A stretch of DNA of 64,000 bases. Origin: the human T2T-CHM13v2.0 reference genome, Homo sapiens. The translations under genes were made by a program, and so were the position numbers. A model generated the notes under the pieces. It ran no database searches and had not been told where the DNA came from. It was given only the letters and a program-made list of their open reading frames with translations. Below are positions 63,655 through 64,000 of the stretch, one piece after another. The stretch lies in assembly GCF_009914755.1 (NCBI RefSeq), contig NC_060938.1; one strand, 5' to 3'. The first letter of the stretch is position 1; each line of letters starts with the position of its first letter.

Positions 63655-64000
<346 letters not shown>

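Overview
Primate, almost certainly human, genomic DNA. The only host protein-coding sequence is the terminal coding exon of KCNK13 (THIK-1, a two-pore-domain K+ channel) on the + strand: acceptor ends at 26286, CDS 26287-27179, 3'UTR to about 28030. Upstream is the end of its large intron and downstream is intergenic. The rest is transposon-rich: about 32 Alus, MIR/L2/old L1 fragments, many ERV1/ERVL/MaLR LTRs with recognisable target-site duplications (TSDs), a full-length THE1 provirus, a Tigger3 element, a Y1 RNA retrocopy, and a full-length but inactivated ~6 kb L1PA2/3 (49058-55073, -). I see no novel multi-gene system. The least ordinary signals are local templated duplications that cross repeat boundaries: a ~96%-identical 267-bp inverted copy 5 kb away in the intron, a copy preserving the empty site of an LTR, a scrambled THE1 end, and a palindrome-dense tandem tract. 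Also notable are a repeatedly reused retrotransposon target site, a probable micro 3' transduction on the L1, and a GAS-bearing MER41B. Repeat subfamily names are recalled from consensus sequences and need RepeatMasker/Dfam confirmation. Alu, MIR and old L1 boundaries are approximate.
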